Assembly: GCA_016205975.1 (NCBI GenBank)
Contig: JACQSK010000007.1
Location: forward strand, 5,328 to 69,327
DNA length: 64,000 bases
Source of the DNA: Candidatus Uhrbacteria bacterium
GTDB lineage: Bacteria; Patescibacteriota; Patescibacteriia; UBA9934; GWF2-40-263
Direction of reading: 5' to 3'
Shown: positions 29,029 through 38,857 of the stretch, one piece after another
How the letters are laid out: the number at the start of each line of letters is the position of its first letter
How positions within the stretch are numbered: position 1 is the stretch's first letter
Notes under the pieces: model-generated
What the model was told of the DNA's origin: nothing
Databases searched by the model: none
The model's input: only the letters and a program-made list of their open reading frames with translations
Made by a program: the position numbers and the translations under genes

Positions 29029-29730
29029 ATGCGCATTGTTACCGTCTTGAAAAAATTAAGCAGGCGCTGGAAAAATCCCGGCGCCATGGAAGTGGGAAAC
29101 CCGTATCAGAATCTGGTTGCGGTGATGCTGTCTGCGCGCACGCGCGACGAGCAGGTGCTTCGATTGCTGCCAGCATTTTGGAGGGCATTCCCAACGCCAC
29201 GCGCCTTGTCGCGGGCGGCGACCAAACAGATTGAATCGAGAATCAACACGATCGGAATGTATCGACAGAAGGCGAAGAACCTGAAACGGATGGCGACGGA
29301 AGTCGTGGAAAAGTTTCATGGGGAGATCCCATCGACCATGGACGAGCTCGTCTCTCTTGTGGGCGTTGGGAGGAAGACCGCGAGCGTTGTGCTCGTCGCG
29401 AGCTTCGACACGCCAGCCATTGCCGTGGACACCCATGTACATCGCATGACAAATCGATTAGGCTGGGTGAAGACGACGACGCCGAAGCAGACGGAAGCCG
29501 CGCTCCTGAAACTCGTGCCGCGAGCTTGGTACAAAACGGTGAATCGCGTGTTCGTTAAGCACGGACGTTACATCTGTATCGGATCTCCGCGCTGCTGGGC
29601 GTGTCCGGTGCGGGAGCGGTGCACGTTTAAACAAAAAAACCTAACGGCTCCGAAGAATGCTCAAGAGATTCTCGCGGACATCGAGCGCCGAGAAAGAAAT
29701 CTTGAACGGCTCAGGGAGCAAGCGGTTTAA
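29029..29730 (+). CDS. nth: endonuclease III (HhH-GPD DNA glycosylase with 4Fe-4S cluster)
   Basis: LVSLVGVGRKTASVVL HhH motif and the C-x6-C-x2-C-x5-C cluster CIGSPRCWACPVRERC. Confidence 0.85.
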   Translation: MRIVTVLKKLSRRWKNPGAMEVGNPYQNLVAVMLSARTRDEQVLRLLPAFWRAFPTPRALSRAATKQIESRINTIGMYRQKAKNLKRMATEVVEKFHGEIPSTMDELVSLVGVGRKTASVVLVASFDTPAIAVDTHVHRMTNRLGWVKTTTPKQTEAALLKLVPRAWYKTVNRVFVKHGRYICIGSPRCWACPVRERCTFKQKNLTAPKNAQEILADIERRERNLERLREQAV

Positions 29731-29732
29731 CT

Positions 29733-30287
29733 ATGTTCATTGATCAACATTGGAGCGCGCGCGTGCATCAGATGACCAAACCGTCGTGGCTCTTGCGGCC
29801 CGTCGCGATTTTTTGCGCGACGTCGCTTTTGTTCATCATGATGACGGCTCTCTTGTTTGCCTGTTCTCCTGTCGATTGCGACGTGAACCTGTGGGAGCGC
29901 GTATGGGGTTCGGCCATCACTCTGGGTGTGCCGCTGTTCATGACATGGCTTGTGACCTTCGGCTTGCAAAAGCTGGTCAAGCGCGAAAGACCGTTTGAAA
30001 ACGGACGAGGCGCGCCGCTGATCCAAATGGTATGGATAGAACCATCGTTTCCCTCCGCACACGCGGCCCTCGCGTTTGCTACCGCCGCCGTCGGTCTGTT
30101 TCGTTACGCTGACGTATTCGGTCCTTGGCTTTTTGTGGCGGCGGCGCTGGTCGCGCTCAGCCGCGTGGCCGTGGGAGTCCATTATCTCTCTGACGTTGTT
30201 GTCGGCGCCATGGTGGGTCTGGTCGTTGGTAGCACAACGTGGTACGGGCTCATGTGGCTTTTCTTTATGTCGCCGTGGTTTCACTAG
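29733..30287 (+). CDS. PAP2-family membrane phosphatase (undecaprenyl-diphosphatase-like)
   Basis: KRERPF, SFPSAH and SRVAVGVHYLSDV, the three PAP2 signature motifs. Confidence 0.7.
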   Translation: MFIDQHWSARVHQMTKPSWLLRPVAIFCATSLLFIMMTALLFACSPVDCDVNLWERVWGSAITLGVPLFMTWLVTFGLQKLVKRERPFENGRGAPLIQMVWIEPSFPSAHAALAFATAAVGLFRYADVFGPWLFVAAALVALSRVAVGVHYLSDVVVGAMVGLVVGSTTWYGLMWLFFMSPWFH

Positions 30288-30290
30288 AGT

Positions 30291-30776
30291 ATGACGAAAA
30301 AAATCGTGTGCGTTTCAGGAGGCTTCGATCCGATCCATGTGGGTCATGTACGGATGATCCTCGAAGCCAAAAAACTCGGGGATGAGCTTGTGGTGATTTT
30401 GAATAACGATAACTGGCTGAAAAAAAAGAAGGGGCACGCGTTTATGCCCGAGGAGCAGCGGCGTGAAATTATTGAGGCGATCAAAGGAGTCGATCGCGTC
30501 GTCCTCACTCAGCACGCTCCCGATGACAACGATCGAAGCGTCTGCGAGTCCCTGCGTGAAATTCACCCTGACATTTTTGTCAATGGCGGCGATCGTTTTT
30601 CCGACAACATCCCCGAAGCTATCCTCTGCCGCGAGCTTGGCATTGAAACGGTGTTCAACGTGGGTGTCGGCGGCAAAATGCAATCCAGCTCATGGCTCAC
30701 TGCACAAGACCGCGACGATCGCGCGTGTTTCTGCGCGTCCGGAAAAAAATATATGGAATGCTGCTATCGGAAATAA
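30291..30776 (+). CDS. cytidylyltransferase-like nucleotidyltransferase with C-terminal SEC-C metal-binding motif
   Basis: GGFDPIHVGH (HxGH) nucleotidyltransferase motif. C-terminal CFCASGKKYMECC resembles the SecA-type SEC-C motif. Confidence 0.65.
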   Translation: MTKKIVCVSGGFDPIHVGHVRMILEAKKLGDELVVILNNDNWLKKKKGHAFMPEEQRREIIEAIKGVDRVVLTQHAPDDNDRSVCESLREIHPDIFVNGGDRFSDNIPEAILCRELGIETVFNVGVGGKMQSSSWLTAQDRDDRACFCASGKKYMECCYRK

Positions 30777-30834
30777 AGATTTTTTGGTCAGTGTATCGTG
30801 GAGAAGATGAGAGGTGTCAGACGCTTATACATGA

Positions 30835-31872
30835 ATGGAAACTATGCTTCGAACCTTCGGCATTTTTTTGGGGCTCGTAATCGTGCTTTTTGTGGTGCTC
30901 GCAGGAGGATTTGTGTTCGACGCGTTCCTCGTGGATCCACAAGCGAATGCCGAGTCGGTGATCTTTGAGGTCGAGCGTGGGGACTCGGTGAGTGACATCG
31001 CCCTGGGTCTCAATGAGGCGGGCATTATCACCAGTGAACTGTTTTTCAAAATCTATGTGAAGCTCACCGGCAACGCCAGCCATCTTCAGGCAGGCTCCTT
31101 TGAGCTGACGCCGGGAATGAACTTCCGCTCTTTGGTCGCCGAGCTGATTGACGCGCAGGCGCAAGAAGTTGAAGTCACGATCCCCGAAGGCTACACGATC
31201 GAACAAATCGGCGAGGCAGTGATGAAGGCGCTTCCGGGCATCTCGGAGGAAGATTGGGAGGACGCCACTGGCACGAATGGAAAGTCGATGATCGAGGAGG
31301 GTGAGCTCCTTTCAGGGATTCCTGACGATCAGGGAATGGAAGGCTATCTGTTTCCAGACACGTATCGTTTTCGCGTGGATGCGTCCGCACGAACGGTTGC
31401 AGAGACTATGGTCTTGACGCTCAAGCGTCGGTTGGCAGAACAGGGGATCGGCGTCCCAGAGAACCTTCGGTTTGCAAATGGCCTGACGTTCCACGAACTC
31501 CTCACACTCGCCTCGATCGTTGAGCGCGAGGTGCGCTCACCAGAGGACATGAAGCGCGTGGCCGGCATCTTCTTCACACGTCTCAAGATCGGCATGGCGC
31601 TGCAAGCAGACTCCACCGTCAACTATCTCACGGGCAAGCAGGACGCCTCCGTGACTCTGGAGGACAGCCGGATCAACTCGCCCTACAACACGTATCGCGT
31701 TCTTGGTTTGCCGCCAGGCCCTATTTCCAACCCCGGCATGAATGCCCTCACCGCCGTGCTTGAACCCCTCGACTCCGACGACTTGTACTTCTTGACGACG
31801 CCCGAGGGTGAGGTGATTTACGCCAGGTCATTCGATGAGCATGTGGCGAACAAGTATCAGTATTTGAAGTGA
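30835..31872 (+). CDS. mltG: endolytic murein transglycosylase MltG/YceG
   Basis: N-terminal TM helix plus YLFPDTY and TLASIVEREV motifs of YceG. Confidence 0.85.
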   Translation: METMLRTFGIFLGLVIVLFVVLAGGFVFDAFLVDPQANAESVIFEVERGDSVSDIALGLNEAGIITSELFFKIYVKLTGNASHLQAGSFELTPGMNFRSLVAELIDAQAQEVEVTIPEGYTIEQIGEAVMKALPGISEEDWEDATGTNGKSMIEEGELLSGIPDDQGMEGYLFPDTYRFRVDASARTVAETMVLTLKRRLAEQGIGVPENLRFANGLTFHELLTLASIVEREVRSPEDMKRVAGIFFTRLKIGMALQADSTVNYLTGKQDASVTLEDSRINSPYNTYRVLGLPPGPISNPGMNALTAVLEPLDSDDLYFLTTPEGEVIYARSFDEHVANKYQYLK

Positions 31873-31945
31873 CATATTTGAAGTGAGGATTGACGGAAAC
31901 GAATCTTTGCGGTAGCCTCGCCTGAGCGATGAAAGGAGGAACCCA

Positions 31946-33232
31946 GTGGCTCCATTTCAGTTTTGTTGGCCGGATCCGTGGAAGCCGGTCATGGTTGCGC
32001 GGGATTTCACGCTCCTGAGAGACAGGGAAGGCCCGCTTGCGGTGGAAGGTATGCGGCTCATCGAACTCATTGCCGGATGCCTGTACGAGATTCCCCCGCA
32101 GAGGGCAGGGGCAGGACTCGAGCAGATCAAGGAATTGCGCGCAGGCAAAATCCTCTCGCGCAACCTCAAGGTATCCAAGCGGATGAACGGGGGAACGCTG
32201 GAGGAGGAAGGCCAGCAGTGCTTCATCTCCTACGACGGCGTGTACAAGGCGCGTCGGGGGCTTGGGCGCGCGGATCGCCGCGGCCAGGGCAGCGAGATTC
32301 CGGATCTTCAGCGATGGGACGGAACTTTCGAAACCCTGATGAGGACATCCTGGGAGCTGCGTCGTTCCGGGGAGGACGAGCGGGCGCAGTTCGTCCTGGT
32401 CGCCGTCCAGTCTGCCCAGGCGCACGAGCGCGTCTTGGACGAGGATAAACGTCGGGCGCTCAGCCGTACGCTCCAGACGGTTTCTTTGAAAGACCGTCCC
32501 GAGTGTATCCCGCTGGTGTGCTTTGCCGGCCACAATCGTCTGATCGCGCGCATCCAAGCCGTGCGCGGCATCGGCCGGCGCATGAGCCTGCGTGAGCTCG
32601 TGCTTGAACACACGATTGATCGCCTGCGCGAGATTTGCCGCGAGGTGAGCATCTCTCAGGAGTACCGGCTGCGCAAGCCGTGGATGGCTCCTGGCCCCAA
32701 GCGCACGCCGAGACTTGTGCGCCAGGAGGCCGAGCGGTTGGAAGATGCCGCGCGGCGCCTGCGCCTCATCGGTCTGCGGCCGCTCAATCGGTCATTCGTC
32801 CGAGCGGCGAACGATCTGGCCGAGGCGGCTCGGCTTCTGCGCGAAGCGGCGGCAGGTCGCAACGGCGACACGATCGATTGCGCGCGCGAAGTCATCGGCC
32901 GCGTGTACCGATCCATGCGCCAGCTCGAGTGCCATTGGCAGCTGGAGGAGATCTTGTCCCTGTTGGCCAGCTTGCGGGACCGCGGGGAGACGCTGTCGCC
33001 TTCCCAGCAGCTGGCTTGGCACGAGGAGCTGCGTCTCGTGCATCGGCGTCTGACCACGGTGGATCGACTCACGGGCAAGCGGCTGGAAGACGGTTTTGTC
33101 CATCCCGTGCTCCACCGCGTGGTGCCCCATGTCCACTTGGCCGACGTCCACCTGATGCGCTCGTTGCGCGACGGCGGGCCGAATCTGGAAAAAGTGTACG
33201 AAGAACTGCGGACCGCTTGCGAGCCGCTATGA
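31946..33232 (+). CDS. hypothetical Arg/Leu/Glu-rich helical protein (GC3-rich ORFan)
   Basis: GTG start 8 nt after a strong RBS (aaaggagga). Runs up to a terminator at 33237. GC-rich, so overlapping spurious ORFs exist in other frames. Confidence 0.45.
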   Translation: MAPFQFCWPDPWKPVMVARDFTLLRDREGPLAVEGMRLIELIAGCLYEIPPQRAGAGLEQIKELRAGKILSRNLKVSKRMNGGTLEEEGQQCFISYDGVYKARRGLGRADRRGQGSEIPDLQRWDGTFETLMRTSWELRRSGEDERAQFVLVAVQSAQAHERVLDEDKRRALSRTLQTVSLKDRPECIPLVCFAGHNRLIARIQAVRGIGRRMSLRELVLEHTIDRLREICREVSISQEYRLRKPWMAPGPKRTPRLVRQEAERLEDAARRLRLIGLRPLNRSFVRAANDLAEAARLLREAAAGRNGDTIDCAREVIGRVYRSMRQLECHWQLEEILSLLASLRDRGETLSPSQQLAWHEELRLVHRRLTTVDRLTGKRLEDGFVHPVLHRVVPHVHLADVHLMRSLRDGGPNLEKVYEELRTACEPL

Positions 33233-33236
33233 ACGC

Positions 33237-33262
33237 ACCGACCTTTTACGGGTCGGTTTTCT
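33237..33262 (+). terminator. intrinsic terminator before uvrD
   Basis: Hairpin accgacc-ttttacg-ggtcggt followed by ttttct. A TAGAAT -10-like hexamer sits at 33270..33275. Confidence 0.45.
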
Positions 33263-33284
33263 GATATGTTAGAATGTCCTGGCT

Positions 33285-35366
33285 ATGAAAGAGTTTGTGC
33301 TTCAGGACGAGGGAAATCAGAACCGTCTCAAGATCAACTATCAGGAGGAATTGAATCCTGAGCAGCTCGACGTCGTGCTTCATGGCGACGGCCCGTGTTT
33401 GGTGTTGGCGGGCGCCGGTTCGGGGAAGACCAGGACGATCACGTATCGTGTGGCCTATTTGCTTGAGCGCGGCGTGGCGCCTGGGGCTATTTTGCTGGTG
33501 ACCTTCACGAACAAGGCGTCCAAAGAAATGCTCGCGCGGGTAGAGAGTTTGCTGGGGAGTTACCCAACAGGTCTGTGGGGTGGAACGTTTCACTCGGTTG
33601 CCAATCGTCTGCTCAGGATCTATGCGTCTGAGATTGGCTACACAAAAAATTTTACGATTCTGGACGAGGAGGACGCCAAGGCGCTCGTCAAGGCGTGCGT
33701 GCAGACGCTCGACATCGACACAAGCGCCCGTCGCTTTCCGTCCCCGGGCGTTGTGCACGCGATGGCGAGCTACGCCAGAAACTCAGGACAGACCCTGCGA
33801 GCCGTTGTGGAAAACAAGTATCAAAACTTTTACGAGTTGATTTCAACGATCGAGCGCGTCGTGGACCTGTATGAGGCCCGCAAGAAAGACGCGGACTCGA
33901 TGGACTTTGATGATCTTCTCCTGAAGCTGCGCGAGCTTCTTTTCACGCGGGATGACATCCGACGACGTCTGGCGGCGCAGTTCCGGTATGTGCTCGTGGA
34001 CGAGTATCAGGATACCAATGTTGTTCAGTCAGAAATCGTGAGGCAGCTTTCAAGCGAGCATGGCCATGTGCTGGTGGTGGGTGACGATGCGCAGTCGATC
34101 TATTCGTTCCGCGCGGCGCAGATTCGAAACATCCTCGGGTTTCCAGAAACGCATCCGGGCACGAAGACGTTTCGGCTTACGACGAACTACCGTTCCACGC
34201 CGGAGATTTTGGCCGTGGCCAACGCCACCATCCAAAAGAATCAGGAACAGTTTGAAAAGAATCTTTCGTCCGTACGCGGATCGGCTGAGCGGCCCAATCT
34301 TGTGCCGGCACAGAGCAGCGCACAGGAGGCGCAATTCATCGCGCAGCGCGTCTTAGCGCTCAGGTCAGAAGGGACGCCCTTGTCTGAGATGGCCGTTCTG
34401 TTTCGAGCAGCTTTCCATTCCCAGACGCTCGAGTTCGAGCTCATGAAGCGCGACATTCCCTATGAGTATCGCGGCGGCATGAAATTTTTTGAACGCGCGC
34501 ACGTGAAAGATGTGATTGCGCACTTGCGTCTGCGTCTCAATACGCACGACGAGGTGGCATGGATGCGCGTGCTCTCCCTCATGAACGGGATCGGTCTTGC
34601 CACGGCCCAGAGGATCGTGTCCCAGATTCGTGATGCCTCGTCTCTGGACGAGGTGTTGACGCGCTCACTCGCGATTCCGTCCCGTGCACAGGCGAGTTGG
34701 GGGACGCTCTGTAAGTTGCTCTTGAAGCTGAGCCGCGAGGACCTGCCCAGCGATTTGATTCGCATGGTGACAGGCGGGGACTATCAGGATTATCTGCGCG
34801 CCGAGTATCCGGACTTCATGGATCGCCTGGAGGATCTGGAACAGTTTGCCATTTTTGCGGAAGGATATGCGGACCTACGGTCGCTCCTTGATGAGGTGTC
34901 CTTGAGCGCCGACTTTGGTTCCGTGCGTGAGCAGGGTTCGTCTGAGGATGAGGAGAAGATTGTTCTCTCCACCATTCATCAGGCCAAGGGGCTTGAGTGG
35001 GACGCGGTGTTTGTGATGCACCTGTGCAACGACAAGTTTCCCAATCCGCGCGCGCTCACAGAGGCCGGGGGACTTGAGGAAGAGCGGCGCCTGTTTTACG
35101 TGGCGACCACGCGCGCAAGGAAGCACTTGTTTTTCACGTACCCCATCACCAGCGGCTATGATACGATGATGCTCAGCCAACCGTCGCTGTTTCTTGAAGA
35201 GCTGCCAGGCGGCCTGCTCGAAGAAGTGAGGCTGAAACGTTCTTTCATGGCAGGAGCCGCGCTGGAAAATAGCGACGCGACGATCGTGCTGGACGCACTC
35301 GGTGAGCGGACGCCGAGCAAGGACGTGAGCAAGATGAGTTTTTTAAGAGGAGTCGATGAGTTATGA
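33285..35366 (+). CDS. uvrD: ATP-dependent DNA helicase UvrD/PcrA family
   Basis: Walker A (AGAGSGKTRT), VLVDEYQDTN and UvrD C-terminal motifs. Confidence 0.9.
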   Translation: MKEFVLQDEGNQNRLKINYQEELNPEQLDVVLHGDGPCLVLAGAGSGKTRTITYRVAYLLERGVAPGAILLVTFTNKASKEMLARVESLLGSYPTGLWGGTFHSVANRLLRIYASEIGYTKNFTILDEEDAKALVKACVQTLDIDTSARRFPSPGVVHAMASYARNSGQTLRAVVENKYQNFYELISTIERVVDLYEARKKDADSMDFDDLLLKLRELLFTRDDIRRRLAAQFRYVLVDEYQDTNVVQSEIVRQLSSEHGHVLVVGDDAQSIYSFRAAQIRNILGFPETHPGTKTFRLTTNYRSTPEILAVANATIQKNQEQFEKNLSSVRGSAERPNLVPAQSSAQEAQFIAQRVLALRSEGTPLSEMAVLFRAAFHSQTLEFELMKRDIPYEYRGGMKFFERAHVKDVIAHLRLRLNTHDEVAWMRVLSLMNGIGLATAQRIVSQIRDASSLDEVLTRSLAIPSRAQASWGTLCKLLLKLSREDLPSDLIRMVTGGDYQDYLRAEYPDFMDRLEDLEQFAIFAEGYADLRSLLDEVSLSADFGSVREQGSSEDEEKIVLSTIHQAKGLEWDAVFVMHLCNDKFPNPRALTEAGGLEEERRLFYVATTRARKHLFFTYPITSGYDTMMLSQPSLFLEELPGGLLEEVRLKRSFMAGAALENSDATIVLDALGERTPSKDVSKMSFLRGVDEL

Positions 35367-36505
35367 ACTACAACGAACGCTCACTTGAGTTGCACAAACA
35401 AAAAAGGGGAAAGCTGGTTATTCAGTCGAGCTTTCCGCTTGAGACGCGGGAGGATTTATCTGTGGCCTATACGCCAGGAGTTGCGCAGCCGTGTTTGGAA
35501 ATTGCCAAGGACAAGAATCTTGCGTGGGAGCTGACGATCAAGGGTCACTCGGTGGCGGTGGTATCAGATGGGTCGGCGGTGCTGGGGCTCGGAAACATTG
35601 GGCCCGAGGCTGGCTTGCCGGTCATGGAGGGTAAGGCGATTTTGTTTAAGCACTTTGCCGGGATCGATGCGTATCCGATTTGTTTGGACGTGCATGACGT
35701 GGACGGAATCGTGGCGGCGGTGAAGGCGATCGCGCCAGGGTTTGGGGGAATCAACTTGGAAGATATTGCCGCGCCGGTCTGTTTTGAAGTGGAGCGACGG
35801 CTTGTGGAAGAGCTCGACATTCCCGTGATGCATGACGATCAGCATGGCACGGCCGTGGTGGTGCTCGCGGGACTATTGAACGCGCTCAAGGTCGTCGGAA
35901 AGAAACTCGAGGACGTGTCGGTTGTCATCTCGGGCGCCGGCGCCGGTGGCATGGGGATTACGCACTTACTTTTTGAGGCAGGACTGACAAAGCTCGCCAT
36001 GTTGGATTCAAAAGGCCTCATTGCTCCTGGGCGCGAGGGGATGAACACATACAAAGAAACGCTCGCGGCGCGCATCAATCCGGAAGGACGCACAGGCCGT
36101 CTCGCGGAGGCGCTCGTGGGAGCGGATGTCTTTATCGGTGTGAGTCAGCCAGGACTCGTGAACGCGGACATGGTACGCAGCATGACGGACAAGGCGATCG
36201 TGTTTGCGATGGCTAATCCCGTTCCGGAGGTCATGCCTGACGAAGCACGTGCAGGCAGAGCCGCCGTTGTTGCCACAGGACGGTCAGATTATCCAAATCA
36301 GGTGAACAACGTGCTGGCTTTCCCCGGGATTTTTAAGGGAGCTCTCGATGGAAAACTCCGTCGCATCACACCAGCGATGCTCGTCGCCGCCGCGCACGCG
36401 CTCGCGAAGCTCGTGCCAGAACCGACCAGCGAGAAAATCATGCCGTCGCCGTTTGAGCCTGGACTGGCGGACGTGGTGGCAGAGGCGGTGAAGCGCGTTG
36501 CGTAG
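35363..36505 (+). CDS. NAD(P)-dependent malic enzyme
   Basis: SVAYTPGVA and VVSDGSAVLGLGNIG signatures of malic enzyme. Overlaps the uvrD stop by 4 nt. Confidence 0.85.
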   Translation: MNYNERSLELHKQKRGKLVIQSSFPLETREDLSVAYTPGVAQPCLEIAKDKNLAWELTIKGHSVAVVSDGSAVLGLGNIGPEAGLPVMEGKAILFKHFAGIDAYPICLDVHDVDGIVAAVKAIAPGFGGINLEDIAAPVCFEVERRLVEELDIPVMHDDQHGTAVVVLAGLLNALKVVGKKLEDVSVVISGAGAGGMGITHLLFEAGLTKLAMLDSKGLIAPGREGMNTYKETLAARINPEGRTGRLAEALVGADVFIGVSQPGLVNADMVRSMTDKAIVFAMANPVPEVMPDEARAGRAAVVATGRSDYPNQVNNVLAFPGIFKGALDGKLRRITPAMLVAAAHALAKLVPEPTSEKIMPSPFEPGLADVVAEAVKRVA

Positions 36506-37061
36506 TATGCTCCAGGATCGAAACAATCGTGTTCGCCGATGGGGATCGACCTCCGTGACTGCCATCGTAGTTCTTGTCTTGTTTATTTTGTTTATTTTTG
36601 CCGTGCGGTGGTTTCGATCTGAGCCTGTCGTGGAAGAGTCGGTTGTCTCCTCGATTGCGAATGTCCTCAAGCCTGATCCCATCTCGCAAGCCGTGATCGA
36701 CGGGGCGATTGACACAAAAAGCCGCGAGGCGACGCTCAACTGGGTGGCGACCGGTGAACGTGTAGGCGCGGCAACGCGTGGTGAGAAAGATGATCGGTAC
36801 TATTTTGAGATGAGAGCATCTCTTTCCGAGATCGATCGAGAAGTCTCGTACTACCAGGTCTGGCTTTTGAGCCTGTTGCCGTACGACTTCTTTTCGCTTG
36901 GCGAGATGGTGACGGATGAAGAAGGATATTTCGTGCTTGAGTGGGAAGCGCCCAACGATGAAGATTACTCGAGCTACACGCAGGTGATTGTCACCGTGAA
37001 TCAGTATGAGGGGAGTTCAGATCCAGGGACGCACTTAGTTGAAGGTGAGTTTGGAAATTAA
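36498..37061 (+). CDS. hypothetical membrane-anchored protein
   Basis: N-terminal TM helix then an acidic soluble domain. Overlaps the upstream stop by 8 nt. Confidence 0.45.
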   Translation: MRSMLQDRNNRVRRWGSTSVTAIVVLVLFILFIFAVRWFRSEPVVEESVVSSIANVLKPDPISQAVIDGAIDTKSREATLNWVATGERVGAATRGEKDDRYYFEMRASLSEIDREVSYYQVWLLSLLPYDFFSLGEMVTDEEGYFVLEWEAPNDEDYSSYTQVIVTVNQYEGSSDPGTHLVEGEFGN

Positions 37062-37086
37062 ATACAGAAGACGGTTGTTTGTTCGC

Positions 37087-38310
37087 TCACGGCACATCGT
37101 GATCGAAGTGGAAGCCGCTTGAGCGAGATTTGAACTCGGCCTGGAGTGTGCCAGCACGTTTCCAGATACCCGCGCCGTAACGGTGCTGGAGTTGATCAAG
37201 AGAAGAGAGGACGGAACGCATGCGTCGTTCTTTTTTGAATAAGGAGATGCGTTTTGGGTCCGGACAGACCATAGAGGCTGTGATGCCCAACAGGCGCACA
37301 AGCCTTGAAGGAGCGACTTGAAAAAACGGTCGCAGGATGCGCCAGACAATTTCAAATAGAGCAAGTCCGTCAGTGAGAGGTTCCTGGCTCGTCCTTTGTT
37401 CTCCATGACCAGAGAAGTCTGCAAATCGAACATACGCGGACACGCGACAGGCCGCAACGCCATCGCGGCGCATGCGCCAAGCGACTTTGTCGGCAAGGCC
37501 CAAGAGGTAGCGTTTGAGTATGGTTAGGTCGTTGGTATTTTCGGGGAGCGTGTAAGAGTGGCCGTAGGATTTAGGTGAGTCAGGAGTGGAGGTGGTGACG
37601 TGTTCGATTTCCCGGCCCCAGGCGGCTTCGTGGAGCCAGACTCCGTAGCTGTCAAATGCTTCGACGAGCCGGTCAACAGGAAACTCCCGCAGCTGGGCAA
37701 AGGTTTCGATCCCAAGGTCACTGAGCCGTTCACGAATACGTCCACCAATGCCGCAGAGGTCTTCTAAGTTGGACCGGTCTAATAACTCGAGTACCTCGTG
37801 TGCCTGAACGACCGTGAGGCCGTTTGGTTTTACAGACTCGGATGCAAGTTTCGCCATGAGACGATTGGGCGCGACGCCAATCGATGCGGTGATGCGTTCG
37901 CCGCACTCTTCGCGGACGCGCTCTCGGATGGCTTGGGCCATGAACGCGGCCCCAAGGTAATCCGTTGCTTCTTCTGTGAGGTCTAAAAAACTTTCGTCGA
38001 CGCTGAATGCTTCTACACGATCCGTGAACGACCGGTAGATCGCGTTGAAGCGGCGCGTGATGTCTGAGTATTTTTCTGGGTCGCCCGGGTACAAAATAAT
38101 CGAAGGGCAAATTTTTTTTGCCTCCCACGTCGACATGGCTGTTTTCACTCCCAGCCGTTTGGCCTCGATGGAAGCCGTTGCCACAATGGATCGCTTTTGA
38201 TTTTTGCCCGTGATGCCAATGGGCTTTCCGCGCAAAAACGGATTTGCTTGCTGCTCAACAGACGCAAAGTAGGAATTCATGTCGATGTGAAGAATGATAC
38301 GACTATCCAT
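37087..38310 (-). CDS. dinB: DNA polymerase IV (Y-family translesion polymerase)
   Basis: ILHIDMNSYFASVE ... FSVDESFLD catalytic motifs. Start set at Met54 (MDSRIILHID) of ORF 37087..38469. Confidence 0.85.
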   Translation of the reverse strand: MDSRIILHIDMNSYFASVEQQANPFLRGKPIGITGKNQKRSIVATASIEAKRLGVKTAMSTWEAKKICPSIILYPGDPEKYSDITRRFNAIYRSFTDRVEAFSVDESFLDLTEEATDYLGAAFMAQAIRERVREECGERITASIGVAPNRLMAKLASESVKPNGLTVVQAHEVLELLDRSNLEDLCGIGGRIRERLSDLGIETFAQLREFPVDRLVEAFDSYGVWLHEAAWGREIEHVTTSTPDSPKSYGHSYTLPENTNDLTILKRYLLGLADKVAWRMRRDGVAACRVSAYVRFADFSGHGEQRTSQEPLTDGLALFEIVWRILRPFFQVAPSRLVRLLGITASMVCPDPKRISLFKKERRMRSVLSSLDQLQHRYGAGIWKRAGTLQAEFKSRSSGFHFDHDVP

Positions 38311-38551
38311 CCGCATAGAGCTCGACGAGCCGCCACTCGAGTATTTCTGGATCGAGCTTGAGCTTAAAATAATTGGTGGCATCAGAGACCGAGAAATAGA
38401 AGACGCGTTTGGTTCCCTCACGCGCCGTATGGACGAGGTTGACCTTCTCGAGTTTGTAATCGCGCTCATTCCACCGCATCGCGTGGGGAACCACGCGGTT
38501 GTTTTTGAAGGAGACGATCACGTCGATAGGATCGTTGAGAAGCTCATGCAT
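38303..38551 (-). CDS. small hypothetical protein translationally coupled to dinB
   Basis: 82-aa ORF (MHELLNDPIDVIVSF ...) whose stop overlaps the dinB start by 8 nt. Possibly a YolD/UmuD-like accessory factor; family not confirmed. Confidence 0.4.
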   Translation of the reverse strand: MHELLNDPIDVIVSFKNNRVVPHAMRWNERDYKLEKVNLVHTAREGTKRVFYFSVSDATNYFKLKLDPEILEWRLVELYADG

Positions 38552-38857
38552 AGAGACCTCCTTTTGTGACGCGCGACATCATGTATCGGATGATTTGTTT
38601 CGTGCGGCGACGGCTTGTGCGAAGCCTGAGCGTGCGCAGGCTTTTGAGGACGCGTTCTTCACGGCGGCTGGGAAGAAAGGAAAGAGTGATCGCGTGATAA
38701 CGAAGGGTAGCGATGGACATATGGGGGATGGGATCACTCTTAAGGGTTAGGAATGACGCAGAAGTCTCGCCTTGGCAATTCGAAGTCTACTGGTACAACG
38801 CGTGATCCCAACGCGCTGTATCAGCAGGCCACGAACGGCCAAGGACTCATTGTTTTC

